Shown here: piece by piece, positions 1 to 11,463 of the stretch
Numbering within the stretch: position 1 is the first letter of the stretch
Layout: the number at the start of each line of letters is the position of its first letter
DNA from: an uncultured Halomonas sp.
GTDB lineage: Bacteria; Pseudomonadota; Gammaproteobacteria; Xanthomonadales; Wenzhouxiangellaceae
NCBI GenBank assembly: GCA_964476005.1
Contig: CAYYZR010000002.1
Location: 1 to 55,163 of the forward strand
Length of the DNA: 55,163 bases
Direction: 5' to 3'
The notes under the pieces: model-generated
Told to the model about the DNA's origin: nothing
What the model saw: the letters and a program-made list of their open reading frames with translations, nothing else
Databases searched by the model: none
Made by a program: the position numbers and the translations under genes

Positions 1-1
1 C

Positions 2-646
2 GGCATCCGCATCACCGCCTGGCTGGGCCAGCTGGGCGAACTGACCTGCGACGAGGACTTCGTGGCCGAATCGATCGACGACAACCCGTTCTTCTGCCCG
101 GATCCCGCCCGCGTGCCGGCACTGGAAGACTACATGGACGCGCTGCGCAAGCAAGGCGACTCGGTCGGCGCGCTGGTTCGCGCCAGCGCCAGCGGCGTGC
201 CGCCGGGGTGGGGCGCACCGGTCTACGCCAAGCTCGACGGCGACCTGGCCGCGGCCATGATGAGCATCAACGCGACCAAGGGCGTCGAAATCGGCGCCGG
301 TTTCGCCAGCGTGGCGCAGAAGGGCACCGAACACCGCGACGAGATGACCCCCGGCGGATTCCTCGGCAACCAGGCCGGCGGCGTACTGGGCGGCATCTCG
401 TCGGGCCAGCCGGTGACGGTCGCGGTCGCGTTCAAGCCCACCTCCAGCCTGCGTCTGCCCGGGCGCACCGTGGACACCGAAGGCAACCCGACCGAGATCG
501 TCACCACCGGCCGCCACGACCCCTGCGTCGGCATCCGCGCCGTGCCCATCGTCGAGGCGATGCTGGCGCTGGTGCTGCTGGACCACTTCATGCTGCACCG
601 CGCACAGTGCGGCGACGTGCCGGCGCAGACGCCGAGAATCGAGTAA
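2..646 (+). CDS. aroC: Chorismate synthase, 5'-truncated by the window edge
   Basis: Motifs [43 protein letters not shown] and GRHDPCV; the frame is open to the window start. Confidence 0.97.
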   Translation, partial: GIRITAWLGQLGELTCDEDFVAESIDDNPFFCPDPARVPALEDYMDALRKQGDSVGALVRASASGVPPGWGAPVYAKLDGDLAAAMMSINATKGVEIGAGFASVAQKGTEHRDEMTPGGFLGNQAGGVLGGISSGQPVTVAVAFKPTSSLRLPGRTVDTEGNPTEIVTTGRHDPCVGIRAVPIVEAMLALVLLDHFMLHRAQCGDVPAQTPRIE

Positions 647-650
647 GACA

Positions 651-771
651 ACGGTTTCGGGTTTCCGGAAAGGCGTGACCGGCGGTGCTGAAGGTTGGAA
701 TCGGGAAATCGGTAAACCGTCCGGTTTTTCCGACCACTGACTACCGTTTTTACCCGGAAACCGGAAACCGT
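651..771. repeat. ~120-bp long imperfect inverted-repeat (hairpin) element with 7-nt periodic ends
   Basis: 651-668 ACGGTTTCGGGTTTCCGG vs 754-771 CCGGAAACCGGAAACCGT, 17/18 complementary; inner stem TCGGGAAATCGG/CCGGTTTTTCCGA. Confidence 0.8.
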
Positions 772-826
772 CCCGACCTTATTCCCGCTATCATCAACCC
801 ATCTCCAACCGCGACCTGACCGCACC

Positions 827-1918
827 ATGCCCGAGCCCGAGGATACATTCGACGTCGCCGTCGTCGGCGCCACCGGCGCGGTGGGCGAGGTGCTGCTGGA
901 CCTGCTGGTCGAGCGCAAATTTCCGGTCAGGCGCATTGTCGTGCTGGCCAGCGCACGGTCGGCCGGCGAGATGGTGAGCTTCGGCAAGCGCTCGCTGACC
1001 GTCGCCGACCTGGACGGGTTCGATTTCGCCGGCATCGATTTCGCGTTCTTTTCGGCCGGCGGGTCGGTGTCGGCCGAGCACGCGCCGCGCGCCGCGGCGG
1101 CCGGGGCAACGGTGATCGACAACACCTCGCATTTCCGGATGCACGACGACGTGCCTCTGATCGTGCCGGAAGTCAACGGCGGTGAGATCTCGGGCTGGTA
1201 TCGGCGACCGAGTGCCGGGGGCATCATTGCGAATCCGAACTGTTCGACCATCCAGATGCTGCTGGCCGTGGCGCCCATTCATCGACAGTATGGCGTGACG
1301 CGGATCAACGTGGCGACCTACCAGGCGGTTTCCGGCGCCGGTCGCAAGGCGATGGAGGAGTTGGGCCGGCAGACCGCCGACAAGCTTAATTTCCGCGAGC
1401 CCGCGGCCGAAGTGCTGACCGCACCGATCGCGTTCAACGTGATCCCGCGCATCGACGTGATGGAGGCCAACGGCTACACCCGCGAAGAGATGAAGATGCA
1501 CTTCGAGACGCGCAAGATTCTGGGTGATTCACGGATCGGCGTCAACGCCACCGCGGTTCGGGTGCCGGTGTTCTACGGCCACAGCGAGGCGGTGCACCTG
1601 GAAACCTGCTCGCCGGCCGACCTGGACGAGGTCCGGCGTCTGCTGGCCGAAGCCGACGGCGTGCGCGTGATCGAGGGCGAAACGGACCCCATGCCGCTGG
1701 TTGATGCTTCTGGCCATGACGAGGTTTTCGTCGGTCGCATCCGGCGCGACATCACCAATCCCAATGGTCTCGACATGTGGGTGGTTTCGGATAACCTGCG
1801 CAAGGGCGCGGCGCTCAATGCGCTCCAGATCGCCGAGTTTCTGGTTGGACAGCGTATCCGAGCCCGCGCGTTTGATGACGAGGCTCCTGATCATCGCGCG
1901 GGCGATGGTTTTGGCTGA
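827..1918 (+). CDS. asd: Aspartate-semialdehyde dehydrogenase
   Basis: VAVVGATGAVG, NPNCST catalytic Cys, YQAVSGAG, RVPVFYGHS, DNLRKGAALNA. Confidence 0.97.
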   Translation: MPEPEDTFDVAVVGATGAVGEVLLDLLVERKFPVRRIVVLASARSAGEMVSFGKRSLTVADLDGFDFAGIDFAFFSAGGSVSAEHAPRAAAAGATVIDNTSHFRMHDDVPLIVPEVNGGEISGWYRRPSAGGIIANPNCSTIQMLLAVAPIHRQYGVTRINVATYQAVSGAGRKAMEELGRQTADKLNFREPAAEVLTAPIAFNVIPRIDVMEANGYTREEMKMHFETRKILGDSRIGVNATAVRVPVFYGHSEAVHLETCSPADLDEVRRLLAEADGVRVIEGETDPMPLVDASGHDEVFVGRIRRDITNPNGLDMWVVSDNLRKGAALNALQIAEFLVGQRIRARAFDDEAPDHRAGDGFG

Positions 1919-1921
1919 CGA

Positions 1922-1951
1922 TTGTTTCGGCGCGGTTACGCTTGCTATACT
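1922..1951 (+). promoter_or_regulatory. Putative sigma70 promoter of fimV-truA-trp
   Basis: TTGTTT, 18-nt spacer, TATACT preceded by TG (extended -10). Confidence 0.5.
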
Positions 1952-1980
1952 CCAGCGATTGACGTCATGATTGGAAGGCA

Positions 1981-4542
1981 ATGTATTTGATGACTCGGGC
2001 GCAGCGATTCTTGAGTAGATGGGTAATCCCCGTTGTTGCCCTGACCATACCGCTTGGTGCGAACGCCCTTGGATTGGGCGAGGCGCGCGTCGAGTCGTTC
2101 CTCAATCAACCGCTGGATGTCAGAATGCGGTTGCTGGATGTCACCGAAGACGATCTCGATTCATTGACCGTTGCGCCCGCTACCGGCGAGGACTACCAGC
2201 GACTGGGTTTGATGAGTGATTCCCTGGCGCTTGGTCTTCAGATCAGCGTCGATCGCAGCGTTTCGCCCCCGATCGTGCGCGTCACTTCGGCACGAGCTGT
2301 TTCCGATCCAGTGGTGCAGTTGCTGGTGGATGCCCGTTGGTCCAGCGGGCGCATGCTTCGAGAATACACGCTGTTCCTGGATCCACCGACGGTCGAAGTC
2401 GAACCGCCGGCGCCCGCCACGAGCCCTGCCGCGGCATCGGAGCCGGCCGATTCAGTGCGGCCTGACCAGACGCCGGATCGCCGGCAAACGGCCCGGCCTG
2501 CGTCGGATAGCGCGGCTGACCAGCCTTCCCCCGGAGCCAGGCCTCCCGTTGCGACTACAGGTGCTCGCAGCTATGGACCGGTGGCAAGTGGAGAGACGCT
2601 CTGGTCCATTGCAAGTGCCAACCTTCCCGCCGGTGATGTCACCATGGATCAGATGATGATCGCCATCGTCGAACTCAATCCCGGCGCTTTCCGCGATCAG
2701 AACATCAACCAATTGCTCAGAGGTGCACGGTTGCAGTTGCCGGATGCCGAGCGCGTGAGGGCGCTTGACGCCGCTACCGCTTCGGCGGAGGTGGCGGCGC
2801 AGAATCGGGCGTTCAGCCGGCGGATGGACGCCGACGTGCCTGTTGTATCGAGTGCCGGGCGCGAGCAGGAAATCGACGATGCTCAAGCATCCGCAGTTGA
2901 AGTTCCGCCGGGTCGCACCGGTGCGGACGACACGGCCGATCATCGCCTTTCACTAGTGCCGCCGGGCGACGAGAACGCCGGAAGCGGGTTGTCCGACGAC
3001 GCTGCAGAAGTCGCCGATCTCAGACAGCGTCTTGCGCGTGCCGAAGAGGAGTTATACGCGGCGCGCCAGGAAGCAGACGAGTTTCAGTCCCGCGTCGAGG
3101 AACTCGAGACGCTTGTGCGTCGCAATCCCCAAGGCATCGGTCTTCGTGATGTCGAACTGGCCGGATTGGAGGCCACGTTGCGGGCTGCGCGCGAAGCAAC
3201 TCAGGCGGATGCCGATCCCCAGATGAGAGCCGAAGTTTCGGAGCGCCTGGACGATTATCTCGAGCAATACGCTGAGGCATCCCGGACGACCGATGCCGGC
3301 GATGGAATGGATGAAGATAATGGCGGTCAATCGATCTCGGCTGTTGCCGATTCCGCCAATGACGCGACTGGAGCAGATCCTGAACCGATCGTCGATGCCG
3401 AGGGCACGGCAGCCGGCAACGTGGAACCGGAGAATGTGCCGCAAAACGAAGTGTCCGAGCGTGCGGTGACCGAAGTGGAAACCTCGCGCGGATTTCTTTT
3501 CAATCCCGTTGTGTGGCTTGTTGCGGGATTGGTCTTGGTTCTCGTGGTTCTTGCGGTCGGCAGGCGAGCAATGCAGCGTGATCGGCAGCCGGCCGAGCCG
3601 ACTGCTCCTTTCAAACGCGCAGCCGATCTGCCGCGTCCTGCCTCAACGGTCGAAGATCCTGCAACAAACGCGCGGGTGCGCCTCGATGCCGATCCGGGCG
3701 ATCTTTCAGCGCATCTTGCGCTGCTCCAGACGCTTGCCACCGAAGGCAGGGAAGAAGAATTCGGCGATGCGCTGGAATCGATGTTCGAGCATGTCGAATC
3801 CGAAGCCGAGCCCGAATGGCGCGAAGCCATTGAACTTGCCGGTCGCGTCGTGCCGGGTCATCCGCTGGCCAAGGGAAATTCCGACTGGGTTGCCGAGACT
3901 GAGCAGACTTCGCAGGACGAACCGGCCACCGAAGTTGACCAGGAATCGGAAGTCGACGACTTGATGTCGCGTCTTGATTCCGATCTTGAAGAAACCGATG
4001 ATCGAGAGTGGCTGGGTGAAGAAGACCCAGACAAGTCCGCTGGCCAGAAAGCACCGCTGTTGCGCGAAGACTACGACACCGAGCTTGGCGATGACGCTGA
4101 CACAGATGCCGGCAGCGGCGGCGACAGTGACGAGTTCGACTTGACCGCATGGGGTGATGAAGACTCCGAGCCGACATTCTCCGATGAAGCAGAAGATGAG
4201 GCCAGGGATTCCGATGCACCCGACGATCTGGTGCTGGACTGGCCGGATGAAGTGGAGCAGGGTGGAGGGACCGGAACATCACCGAGCTCAGGCGAGGAAC
4301 TGTCCGGCAATGAAGCAGAGAGCCACGACGCCGCCGGTGGCGCGCAGACCGACGACGACATCTTTGCTCAAAGTGATGACGATATCGATGTGAAGCTCGA
4401 TCTGGCAAAGGCCTACCTTTCCTGGAACAGTATCGATTCAGCCCGCACGCTGCTGCAGGAGGTCGTGCGCGAGGGCAATCCAGCGCAGCAGGAACAAGCT
4501 CAGACGCTTCTGGACGGGCTGGCCGACGATTCCGAAAATTGA
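1981..4542 (+). CDS. fimV: FimV/HubP polar landmark protein
   Basis: Signal peptide ending ALGLG, REYTLFLDPP, LysM-like GETLWSIA, coiled coil, TM helix, acidic region, C-terminal DVKLDLAKAYL; asd-fimV-truA synteny. Confidence 0.93.
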   Translation: MYLMTRAQRFLSRWVIPVVALTIPLGANALGLGEARVESFLNQPLDVRMRLLDVTEDDLDSLTVAPATGEDYQRLGLMSDSLALGLQISVDRSVSPPIVRVTSARAVSDPVVQLLVDARWSSGRMLREYTLFLDPPTVEVEPPAPATSPAAASEPADSVRPDQTPDRRQTARPASDSAADQPSPGARPPVATTGARSYGPVASGETLWSIASANLPAGDVTMDQMMIAIVELNPGAFRDQNINQLLRGARLQLPDAERVRALDAATASAEVAAQNRAFSRRMDADVPVVSSAGREQEIDDAQASAVEVPPGRTGADDTADHRLSLVPPGDENAGSGLSDDAAEVADLRQRLARAEEELYAARQEADEFQSRVEELETLVRRNPQGIGLRDVELAGLEATLRAAREATQADADPQMRAEVSERLDDYLEQYAEASRTTDAGDGMDEDNGGQSISAVADSANDATGADPEPIVDAEGTAAGNVEPENVPQNEVSERAVTEVETSRGFLFNPVVWLVAGLVLVLVVLAVGRRAMQRDRQPAEPTAPFKRAADLPRPASTVEDPATNARVRLDADPGDLSAHLALLQTLATEGREEEFGDALESMFEHVESEAEPEWREAIELAGRVVPGHPLAKGNSDWVAETEQTSQDEPATEVDQESEVDDLMSRLDSDLEETDDREWLGEEDPDKSAGQKAPLLREDYDTELGDDADTDAGSGGDSDEFDLTAWGDEDSEPTFSDEAEDEARDSDAPDDLVLDWPDEVEQGGGTGTSPSSGEELSGNEAESHDAAGGAQTDDDIFAQSDDDIDVKLDLAKAYLSWNSIDSARTLLQEVVREGNPAQQEQAQTLLDGLADDSEN

Positions 4543-4575
4543 ATCGGCTGTCGGCCGAACCAGAGAATTTGAAGC

Positions 4576-5391
4576 GTGACTGGGTCCGGAAAGAAGCACC
4601 GCGTTGTACTCGGCGTTGAGTATGACGGAAGCCGGTTCTTTGGCTTCCAGAGACAGCGCCAGAAGCCCACTGTTCAGGAAGTGCTGGAAGTTGCAATCGC
4701 CAGGGTGGCCGACCGCCCGGTGACCGTCCATTGCGCGGGTCGGACCGATACCGGCGTCCACGCCATATGCCAGGTGGTGCACTTCGATTCCGAAGTACGG
4801 CGCAGCGAGCGGACCTGGGTTCTGGGCTGCAACAGCCATCTGCCCGAGGGGTCCAGCGTGCTCTGGGCGCGACCGGCGGGGCCGGGGTTTCACGCCCGCT
4901 TCAGCGCTCGCGGGCGAACCTACCGATACCGGATTCTGAATCGCTGGACCCGGCCCGGCCTGCTGGCCGGTCGGGTTTCATGGGAACGCAGGAAGCTGGA
5001 CGCCGCAAGCATGCACGAGGCGGCCCAAGCGCTGATCGGCGAGCACGATTTCTCGAGCTTTCGTGCGCCCGGTTGTCAGGCGAAACATGGCGTGCGCATG
5101 ATGCGTTCCATATCCGTAGAACGTATAGCCAGCGAAGTTGTCATTGAAGTTACAGCCAACGCATTTCTCTACCATATGGTTCGAAATATCGCCGGCACCC
5201 TGATCGAGGTCGGGGTGGGCAAGCGGCCGACAGACTGGGTGGCCGACGTGCTGGCGCATCGCCGGCGGGCAGTGGCGGGCGTCACTGCGACGCCGGACGG
5301 TCTTTATTTCGTCGGTGTGGATTACCCGGATTTTCCGGACCTGCCGACCTTTGAACAACGCGCATTTCCGCGCGGGTGGAATCTGAGTTGA
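4576..5391 (+). CDS. truA: tRNA pseudouridine(38-40) synthase
   Basis: EYDGSRFFGFQRQ, AGRTDTGVHA, FHARFSA, FLYHMVRNI. Confidence 0.97.
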   Translation: MTGSGKKHRVVLGVEYDGSRFFGFQRQRQKPTVQEVLEVAIARVADRPVTVHCAGRTDTGVHAICQVVHFDSEVRRSERTWVLGCNSHLPEGSSVLWARPAGPGFHARFSARGRTYRYRILNRWTRPGLLAGRVSWERRKLDAASMHEAAQALIGEHDFSSFRAPGCQAKHGVRMMRSISVERIASEVVIEVTANAFLYHMVRNIAGTLIEVGVGKRPTDWVADVLAHRRRAVAGVTATPDGLYFVGVDYPDFPDLPTFEQRAFPRGWNLS

Positions 5392-6017
5392 TGAGCACGC
5401 CGACGAGAGTCAAGTTCTGCGGGATCACGCGCGTCGAGGATGCCGTGCAGGCCGCTTCGCTGGGCGTCGATGCGATCGGCCTGGTGTTCGTGCCCGGTTC
5501 GCCGCGCTCGCTGGATACCACCGCCGCCGCCGAGATCTGCCGCGCACTGCCGCCGCTGGTCGGTACCGTGGGCCTGTTCATGGACGCGCCCGGGGAATTC
5601 GTTCATTCCGTGCTCGCCGAGGTGCCGCTGAACTGGCTGCAGTTTCACGGTTCCGAAACGCCCGAATACTGTCGATCGTTCGGTCGGCCCTGGATCAAGG
5701 CCTTGCCAATGGCTTCACCGGGCGACGTGCAGTATCATGTCTGGTCCGACGCGCCGGCCCTGCTGCTGGATGCGCATGCCGCAGGCGGCATGGGTGGATC
5801 GGGTGAAACCTTCGACTGGGAAAATGCCGTCTTGCCGACCAATTCCTGGATTCTTGCCGGCGGCTTGACGCCGGACAATATCGGTCGTGCGCTCGAACTG
5901 CTGGCGCCTGCCGCGGTCGATGTTTCATCCGGTATCGAAAGCGCGCCGGGAATCAAGGATGCTACGCTGATGCGGCGATTCATGCAGCAGATTCAGGAGA
6001 AGATTGACAATGGTTGA
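5391..6017 (+). CDS. trpF: Phosphoribosylanthranilate isomerase
   Basis: [32 protein letters not shown]; TGATG coupling to truA. Confidence 0.96.
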   Translation: MSTPTRVKFCGITRVEDAVQAASLGVDAIGLVFVPGSPRSLDTTAAAEICRALPPLVGTVGLFMDAPGEFVHSVLAEVPLNWLQFHGSETPEYCRSFGRPWIKALPMASPGDVQYHVWSDAPALLLDAHAAGGMGGSGETFDWENAVLPTNSWILAGGLTPDNIGRALELLAPAAVDVSSGIESAPGIKDATLMRRFMQQIQEKIDNG

Positions 6018-7248
6018 AGTGGTGGAAAAGGCAACCGCGGCGTCTGCCGACCCGCGCCAGGCACTTCCGGATGCGGGTGGTCATTTCGGCCAGTTCGGCG
6101 GCCGGTTCGTTTCCGAAACGCTGATGGCGGCGCTCGAGGAACTCGAGCAGGCCTGGCTGAAGTACCGTGACGATGCCGAATTCCAGGCCGAACTCGACAG
6201 CGACCTCGCGCACTTCGTTGGTCGTCCCTCGCCGCTGTATCTGGCCGAGCGGCTGACCGCGCACGCCGGCGGTGCGCGCATCGTGTTCAAGCGTGAAGAC
6301 TTGAACCATACCGGCGCGCACAAGATCAACAATACGGTCGGTCAGGCGCTGCTGGCGCGGGCCATGGGCAAGAAGCGCGTGATTGCCGAGACCGGCGCCG
6401 GCCAGCACGGCGTGGCTTCGGCCACGGTGGCGGCCAGGCTGGGCATGAAATGCGTCGTCTACATGGGCGCCGACGACATCAAGCGCCAGGCCATCAACGT
6501 GTTCCGGATGAAGCTGCTGGGCGCCGAGGTGGTGAGCGTCGATTCCGGCTCGCGCACGCTCAAGGATGCGCTCAACGAGGCCATGCGCGACTGGGTGACG
6601 AATGTAGACGATACCTTCTACATTCTCGGGACCGTGGCCGGCCCGCATCCATATCCGGCGCTGGTGCGGGATTTCAACGCCGTCGTCGGCCGCGAAGCGC
6701 GGCAACAGTGCAGGGACGAATACGGCAAGCTGCCCGACGCGCTGGTGGCCTGCGTCGGCGGCGGATCCAACGCGATGGGCCTGTTCTATCCTTTCATAGA
6801 TGACCACGAGGTTGCGATGTACGGCGTCGAGGCGGCCGGCCGCGGCCTTTCGGGGCTCGAGCATGCCGCCAGCCTGTGCGCCGGAAGAGTCGGCGTGCTG
6901 CATGGATCGCGCACCTACCTGCTCGATGACGATGCCGGGCAGATTCGGCATACCCATTCGGTGTCGGCCGGGCTGGACTATCCGGGCGTGGGTCCCGAGC
7001 ACGCCTGGTTGAAGGACTCGCATCGGGCGCAATATGTCGGCGTGACCGATGACGAGGCGCTCGAAGCCTTCCACCTGTGCACCCGCAAGGAAGGCATCAT
7101 GCCGGCGCTGGAGAGCGCCCATGCCGTGGCGTGGGCGATCAAGCAGGCCGCCGGCATGGACCGCGACCAGGTCGTGCTGGTCAACATGTCGGGGCGTGGC
7201 GACAAGGACATTCATACCGTGGCCGATCTCGAGGGGATCAGCATTTGA
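6010..7248 (+). CDS. trpB: Tryptophan synthase beta chain
   Basis: [42 protein letters not shown]. Confidence 0.98.
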   Translation: MVEVVEKATAASADPRQALPDAGGHFGQFGGRFVSETLMAALEELEQAWLKYRDDAEFQAELDSDLAHFVGRPSPLYLAERLTAHAGGARIVFKREDLNHTGAHKINNTVGQALLARAMGKKRVIAETGAGQHGVASATVAARLGMKCVVYMGADDIKRQAINVFRMKLLGAEVVSVDSGSRTLKDALNEAMRDWVTNVDDTFYILGTVAGPHPYPALVRDFNAVVGREARQQCRDEYGKLPDALVACVGGGSNAMGLFYPFIDDHEVAMYGVEAAGRGLSGLEHAASLCAGRVGVLHGSRTYLLDDDAGQIRHTHSVSAGLDYPGVGPEHAWLKDSHRAQYVGVTDDEALEAFHLCTRKEGIMPALESAHAVAWAIKQAAGMDRDQVVLVNMSGRGDKDIHTVADLEGISI

Positions 7249-8090
7249 CTCGTTTTTCCAACAGAATCGATCGGCGTTTCGCCGAGCTCGCCAGCCGGGG
7301 TCGAAAGGGCCTGATTCCGTACGTGACGGCCGGCCATCCGAGGCCGGAACTGACGGTCGGGATCATGCACGACCTGGTGGCCGGCGGCGCCGACCTGCTC
7401 GAGCTCGGGATTCCCTTCTCCGACGTCATGGCCGATGGTCCGGTGATCCAGCACGCCTGCGAAGCGGCGCTGGAGCAGGGCATGACGCTGGACAAGGTCT
7501 TCGCCCAGGTCGACGAGTTCCGGCGGCGCGACGCCGACACCCCGGTCATCCTGATGGGGTACATGAACCCGGTCGAACGGCGCGGCCTGGAGACGTTTGC
7601 CGAGCAGGCCGCCGAGGCCGGCGTGGACGGATTGCTGATCGTCGACTGTCCGGCCGACGAGGCGGCCGACACCACGCGCGTGTTCGATGGTCGTGAACTT
7701 CATCAGATCTTCCTGGTGGCACCGACCACCACACAGGCGCGCATCGAGCGCATGGCGCCGCTGGCCGGTGGATTCATCTACTACGTCTCGCTCAAGGGCG
7801 TGACCGGCTCGGCCGCGCTCAACGCCGATGAGCTTGCGCCTGCCGTCGATTCGATTCGCGCGCGTTCCGATCTTCCGGTCGCGGTCGGCTTCGGGATTTC
7901 GACCCCCGACCAGGCCCGGGCCGTGGGCGCTGTGGCCGACGCTGTGGTCATCGGCTCGGCGCTGGTGCGCAAGCTCGACGGTGCGGAGAGCCGCGAGGCT
8001 GCCGGTGAAATCATCGCCGACTACATCGGCAGCATCCGCGCCGCGCTTGATCGTATCGACGAGTCCGCCCCGGTCGAGGCGCGGGCATGA
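7245..8090 (+). CDS. trpA: Tryptophan synthase alpha chain (TTG start overlapping the trpB stop)
   Basis: [39 protein letters not shown]. Confidence 0.96.
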   Translation: MTRFSNRIDRRFAELASRGRKGLIPYVTAGHPRPELTVGIMHDLVAGGADLLELGIPFSDVMADGPVIQHACEAALEQGMTLDKVFAQVDEFRRRDADTPVILMGYMNPVERRGLETFAEQAAEAGVDGLLIVDCPADEAADTTRVFDGRELHQIFLVAPTTTQARIERMAPLAGGFIYYVSLKGVTGSAALNADELAPAVDSIRARSDLPVAVGFGISTPDQARAVGAVADAVVIGSALVRKLDGAESREAAGEIIADYIGSIRAALDRIDESAPVEARA

Positions 8091-9037
8091 GCTGGTTCCA
8101 GAAACTGATGCCGTCGCGCATCCGGACCGAGGGCGGAAAGACGCGCAAGGTGCCCGACGGCCTTTGGACCAAGTGCAAGCAGTGCGAGGCGGTGCTGTAC
8201 CGGCCGGAGCTCGAGCGCTCTGTCATGGTCTGCCCCAAGTGCGATCATCACATGACGTTGTCCGGCCGCGCCCGGCTGAACGCCTTTCTCGACCAGGATG
8301 GTCGTGAGGAACTGGCCGCGGGCCTCAGGCCTTCCGATCCGCTGAAATTTCGCGACAGCAAGCGCTATCGCGATCGGCTGGCGGCGGCCCACAAGGCCAC
8401 CGGCGAAAACGACGCAATGGTGACCATGCGCGGACGCGTGCTGGGGCTGCCACTGGTCGCCAGCGCCTTCGATTTCAAGTTCATGGGTGGATCCATGGGC
8501 TCGGTGGTCGGCGAAAAGTTCATGGCCGGGGTCGACGCCGCGCTGGAAGACCGGCTGCCACTGGTGTGCTTTTCCGCCTCCGGCGGCGCCCGGATGCAGG
8601 AAGGCCTGTTCTCGCTGATGCAGATGGCCAAGACATCGGCCGGCCTGGCCCGGCTTGCCGAGGCCGGTCTGCCGTACATCTCCGTGCTGACCCATCCCAC
8701 CACCGGTGGCGTGTCGGCGAGCCTGGGCATGCTGGGCGACATCAACATTGCAGAGCCGAACGCGCTGATCGGTTTCGCCGGTCCCCGGGTCATCGAGCAG
8801 ACCGTGCGCGAGCAGCTGCCGGAGGGCTTCCAGCGCGCCGAGTTTCTGCTTGACAAGGGCGCGATCGACCAGATCGTCGATCGCCGCGAGATGCGCCAGA
8901 AAATACATCAACTGCTCTCGCTGCTGCTTGGCGGGCACGGTTACGGTCGTCCGCGCGAGGGCAGCCTGGAACCGGCCAATACGGCGCCCGGCCGGACGAG
9001 CGACGACCCGGCCGAAGACCGCAGCGACGAAGATTGA
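8087..9037 (+). CDS. accD: Acetyl-CoA carboxylase carboxyltransferase beta subunit
   Basis: Zn finger CKQC...[34 protein letters not shown]. Confidence 0.97.
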   Translation: MSWFQKLMPSRIRTEGGKTRKVPDGLWTKCKQCEAVLYRPELERSVMVCPKCDHHMTLSGRARLNAFLDQDGREELAAGLRPSDPLKFRDSKRYRDRLAAAHKATGENDAMVTMRGRVLGLPLVASAFDFKFMGGSMGSVVGEKFMAGVDAALEDRLPLVCFSASGGARMQEGLFSLMQMAKTSAGLARLAEAGLPYISVLTHPTTGGVSASLGMLGDINIAEPNALIGFAGPRVIEQTVREQLPEGFQRAEFLLDKGAIDQIVDRREMRQKIHQLLSLLLGGHGYGRPREGSLEPANTAPGRTSDDPAEDRSDED

Positions 9038-9097
9038 TCCGGAGCGACCGACGGCCCGGAGCATCGACGCTCTTCCCGGGCCGCGCCTACGCAAGCC

Positions 9098-10405
9098 ATG
9101 ACTGAATTCCCCGCATCGCTGGAAGGCATGCTCCGGCGGCTCGAGCAGCGCGCGCCGCAGACCCGGATCGAACTCGGGCTGGACCGGGTCCGAAAGGTGC
9201 TGGCGCGGCAGCGCCTCGATTTCGGCGACACCCGAATCGTCAGTGTCGCCGGAACCAATGGCAAGGGCTCCACGGTCGCATTTCTCGAAGCGATTGCCGC
9301 GCGCGCGGGCCTGAAAGCGCTGGCGTTCACGTCGCCCCACCTGGTCAGCTTCGGCGAACGCTTCCGGTTGCGCGGACAGCCGCTGCCCGATGACGAAATC
9401 GCCGCTGCCCTGGGCGCCGTGGAACGCGCTCGCGGCGACATCGCGCTGACCTGGTTCGAGCACGTGACGCTGGCCGGTTTCGAGCTGGCGGCCCGGCGCC
9501 GACCCGACTGGCTGATCGCCGAAGTCGGCATGGGCGGGCGGCTGGACGCGGTCAACGCGGTCGACGCCGACGTCGCCGTGATCACGTCCATCGGGCTGGA
9601 TCACCAGCGCTTTCTCGGCCGGACGCGGGCCGCGATCGCGCGCGAGAAGTGCGGCATCGCGCGCCGCGGCAGGCCCGCGATCGTGGCCGAAAGGAAACTG
9701 CCCGACGGCATGCTGCAGACGCTGGAAGCCGCCGGGGCACGGGTCTGTCTTGCCGGGCGCGAGTTCGACTGGCGCTGGCGCTCGGAGAAGCTGGCCGTAC
9801 GGCTGGGCAATCGCCGGATCGGCGGACTGTCGCCGGGTCTTGCCGGCCGTCACCAGGGCGGCAACGCGGCGGCGGCGGCAGCAGCGGCGCTGGCACTGGC
9901 GCCTTCGCTGCGCGATCGTGAAATTGCCGACGGCATTGCCGGCGCGCAACTGTCCGGGCGCTTTCAGTGCGTCGCCACTGCCCCCGATGTCATCGTGGAC
10001 GTGGCGCACAATCCGGCCGCCGCGCGCGTTCTTGCCGCGCAGCTGCAACGCCTGCCGGGCGACAAGGTCGCAGTGTTCGCGGCACTCGAGGACAAGGACA
10101 TCGCCGGTATCGTCCGTCCACTGGCCGGCGTCTTCAGCCGCTGGTTTGTTGCAACCCTCAATGTGCCCCGCGGCCTTCGGGCGGCCGGATTGATCGACCG
10201 GATGCGCGGCCTGCCTGTCGGCGGCCGCCCGGAAGCGTTAGAATCGGTCGCGGACGCGCTGGTCGCGGCGCGCGACTCATGCGAGGCGGATCGTGCTTCA
10301 AAATGCGCGCCGCGCCGTGCGCCGGCACATACAATCATCGTATTCGGTTCCTTCTACACCGTGGCGGCAGCGCTGCAGGCACTGAAACAGAGCAATTCGG
10401 ACTGA
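9098..10405 (+). CDS. folC: Dihydrofolate synthase/folylpolyglutamate synthase
   Basis: VAGTNGKGST, FTSPHL, EVGMGGRLDAVN, DVAHNP, FGSFYTV; accD-folC-dedD synteny. Confidence 0.95.
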   Translation: MTEFPASLEGMLRRLEQRAPQTRIELGLDRVRKVLARQRLDFGDTRIVSVAGTNGKGSTVAFLEAIAARAGLKALAFTSPHLVSFGERFRLRGQPLPDDEIAAALGAVERARGDIALTWFEHVTLAGFELAARRRPDWLIAEVGMGGRLDAVNAVDADVAVITSIGLDHQRFLGRTRAAIAREKCGIARRGRPAIVAERKLPDGMLQTLEAAGARVCLAGREFDWRWRSEKLAVRLGNRRIGGLSPGLAGRHQGGNAAAAAAAALALAPSLRDREIADGIAGAQLSGRFQCVATAPDVIVDVAHNPAAARVLAAQLQRLPGDKVAVFAALEDKDIAGIVRPLAGVFSRWFVATLNVPRGLRAAGLIDRMRGLPVGGRPEALESVADALVAARDSCEADRASKCAPRRAPAHTIIVFGSFYTVAAALQALKQSNSD

Positions 10406-10429
10406 CATTCGGGGTTTTCGGTTTATTCC

Positions 10430-11458
10430 ATGGACAAGGTCTTGAAGCGGCGCCTCATCGGCGCATCCATTCTCATCGCGCTCGCGGTGATTTTCGTTCC
10501 GATGCTGCTGGTCGATCCGGATTCTGTCCGCGATGGCGCCGGTGACGCCATTGACATGCCGCCGATGCCGGACTCGGCGCGCGAAGTCCGGCGAATCCCG
10601 CTGGATCCCGAAGCGGCAAGAGTGTCGGAGCCGGACCGCGCATCGACCGGGCGCGGCGATGGCCAGGCCTCGAGTCCGGGATCCGAGCCGGCTGAATCGG
10701 CGCCCGCCTCCGATCGCGTCACTCCCGACGAGCGGATCGTGCTCCGGCCCGACCTGGTCGAGCCGGAACCGTCGCCGTCTGCAGACGCCAGTGCGGCCGA
10801 CGATCCCGGCTCACGACCCGAATCCGGGCCTGATTCAGCGGCGGATCAGGCCGAATCGGCTGATGTGTCGGGACCGACAGAATCGGAATCCGAAACTGAA
10901 GCTCAGGCCCAGCCGGCGCCGGAGCCCGTCGAGACCACCGAGCCTGCGCAGATGTCGACGGGCGACTGGGTGGTTCAGGTGGCGAGCTTCGGCTCGCAGG
11001 ACGCGGCAGAACAGGTTCGAGCGCGTCTCGAGGCCCTGGGACACATCGTCGCTCGAGACGAGATCGTGCGCGGTCAGTCGCTGTTGTACCGGCTGCGCAC
11101 CGGCCCGTATCCCAGTCGTGCGGCGGCCGATCAGGCGCTGGCGCAGATCAGCGCGACCGTGGCGGGCGTCGAACCGATCGTCCGGGAAATCGATGCAGAC
11201 ATGCAACAAGGCGTGCAGGCTGGTGTCGGCTTTGCAGTTCAGGTTGGCAGCTTCGTCAGCGAAGAAAACGCCGAAAGCGAAGCCGCGCGCCTGGCCGGCC
11301 TCGGCTTCGAATCGTTCCGGTTCAGCGAGCGAATTGGCGAGCGGTTGATCTGGCGTGTGATGGTCGGGCCGGTGCCCGAGCGCAGCCAGGCCGACGCGCT
11401 CCAGTCTCGCGTCGTCGAGCAGGCCGGCGTGGAAGGCCTGGTGGTCAGCTACCCGTGA
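10430..11458 (+). CDS. dedD: DedD-like cell division protein with two SPOR domains
   Basis: N-terminal KRRLIGASILIALAVIFVP TM, Pro/Glu-rich linker, two VQV(A/G)SF SPOR repeats. Confidence 0.85.
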   Translation: MDKVLKRRLIGASILIALAVIFVPMLLVDPDSVRDGAGDAIDMPPMPDSAREVRRIPLDPEAARVSEPDRASTGRGDGQASSPGSEPAESAPASDRVTPDERIVLRPDLVEPEPSPSADASAADDPGSRPESGPDSAADQAESADVSGPTESESETEAQAQPAPEPVETTEPAQMSTGDWVVQVASFGSQDAAEQVRARLEALGHIVARDEIVRGQSLLYRLRTGPYPSRAAADQALAQISATVAGVEPIVREIDADMQQGVQAGVGFAVQVGSFVSEENAESEAARLAGLGFESFRFSERIGERLIWRVMVGPVPERSQADALQSRVVEQAGVEGLVVSYP

Positions 11459-11463
11459 TGCCG

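Noticed and set aside
3950-4400. Low-complexity Asp/Glu-rich coding stretch in fimV
   Set aside because: Normal acidic linker of FimV/HubP, not a DNA repeat.
8021-10048. Long antisense ORFs (e.g. 8021-10048, 11628-13421, 26297-27919, 44036-45481, 52926-54167)
   Set aside because: They shadow well-supported genes on the opposite strand, as expected with high GC3 codon bias, and have no recognisable motifs.
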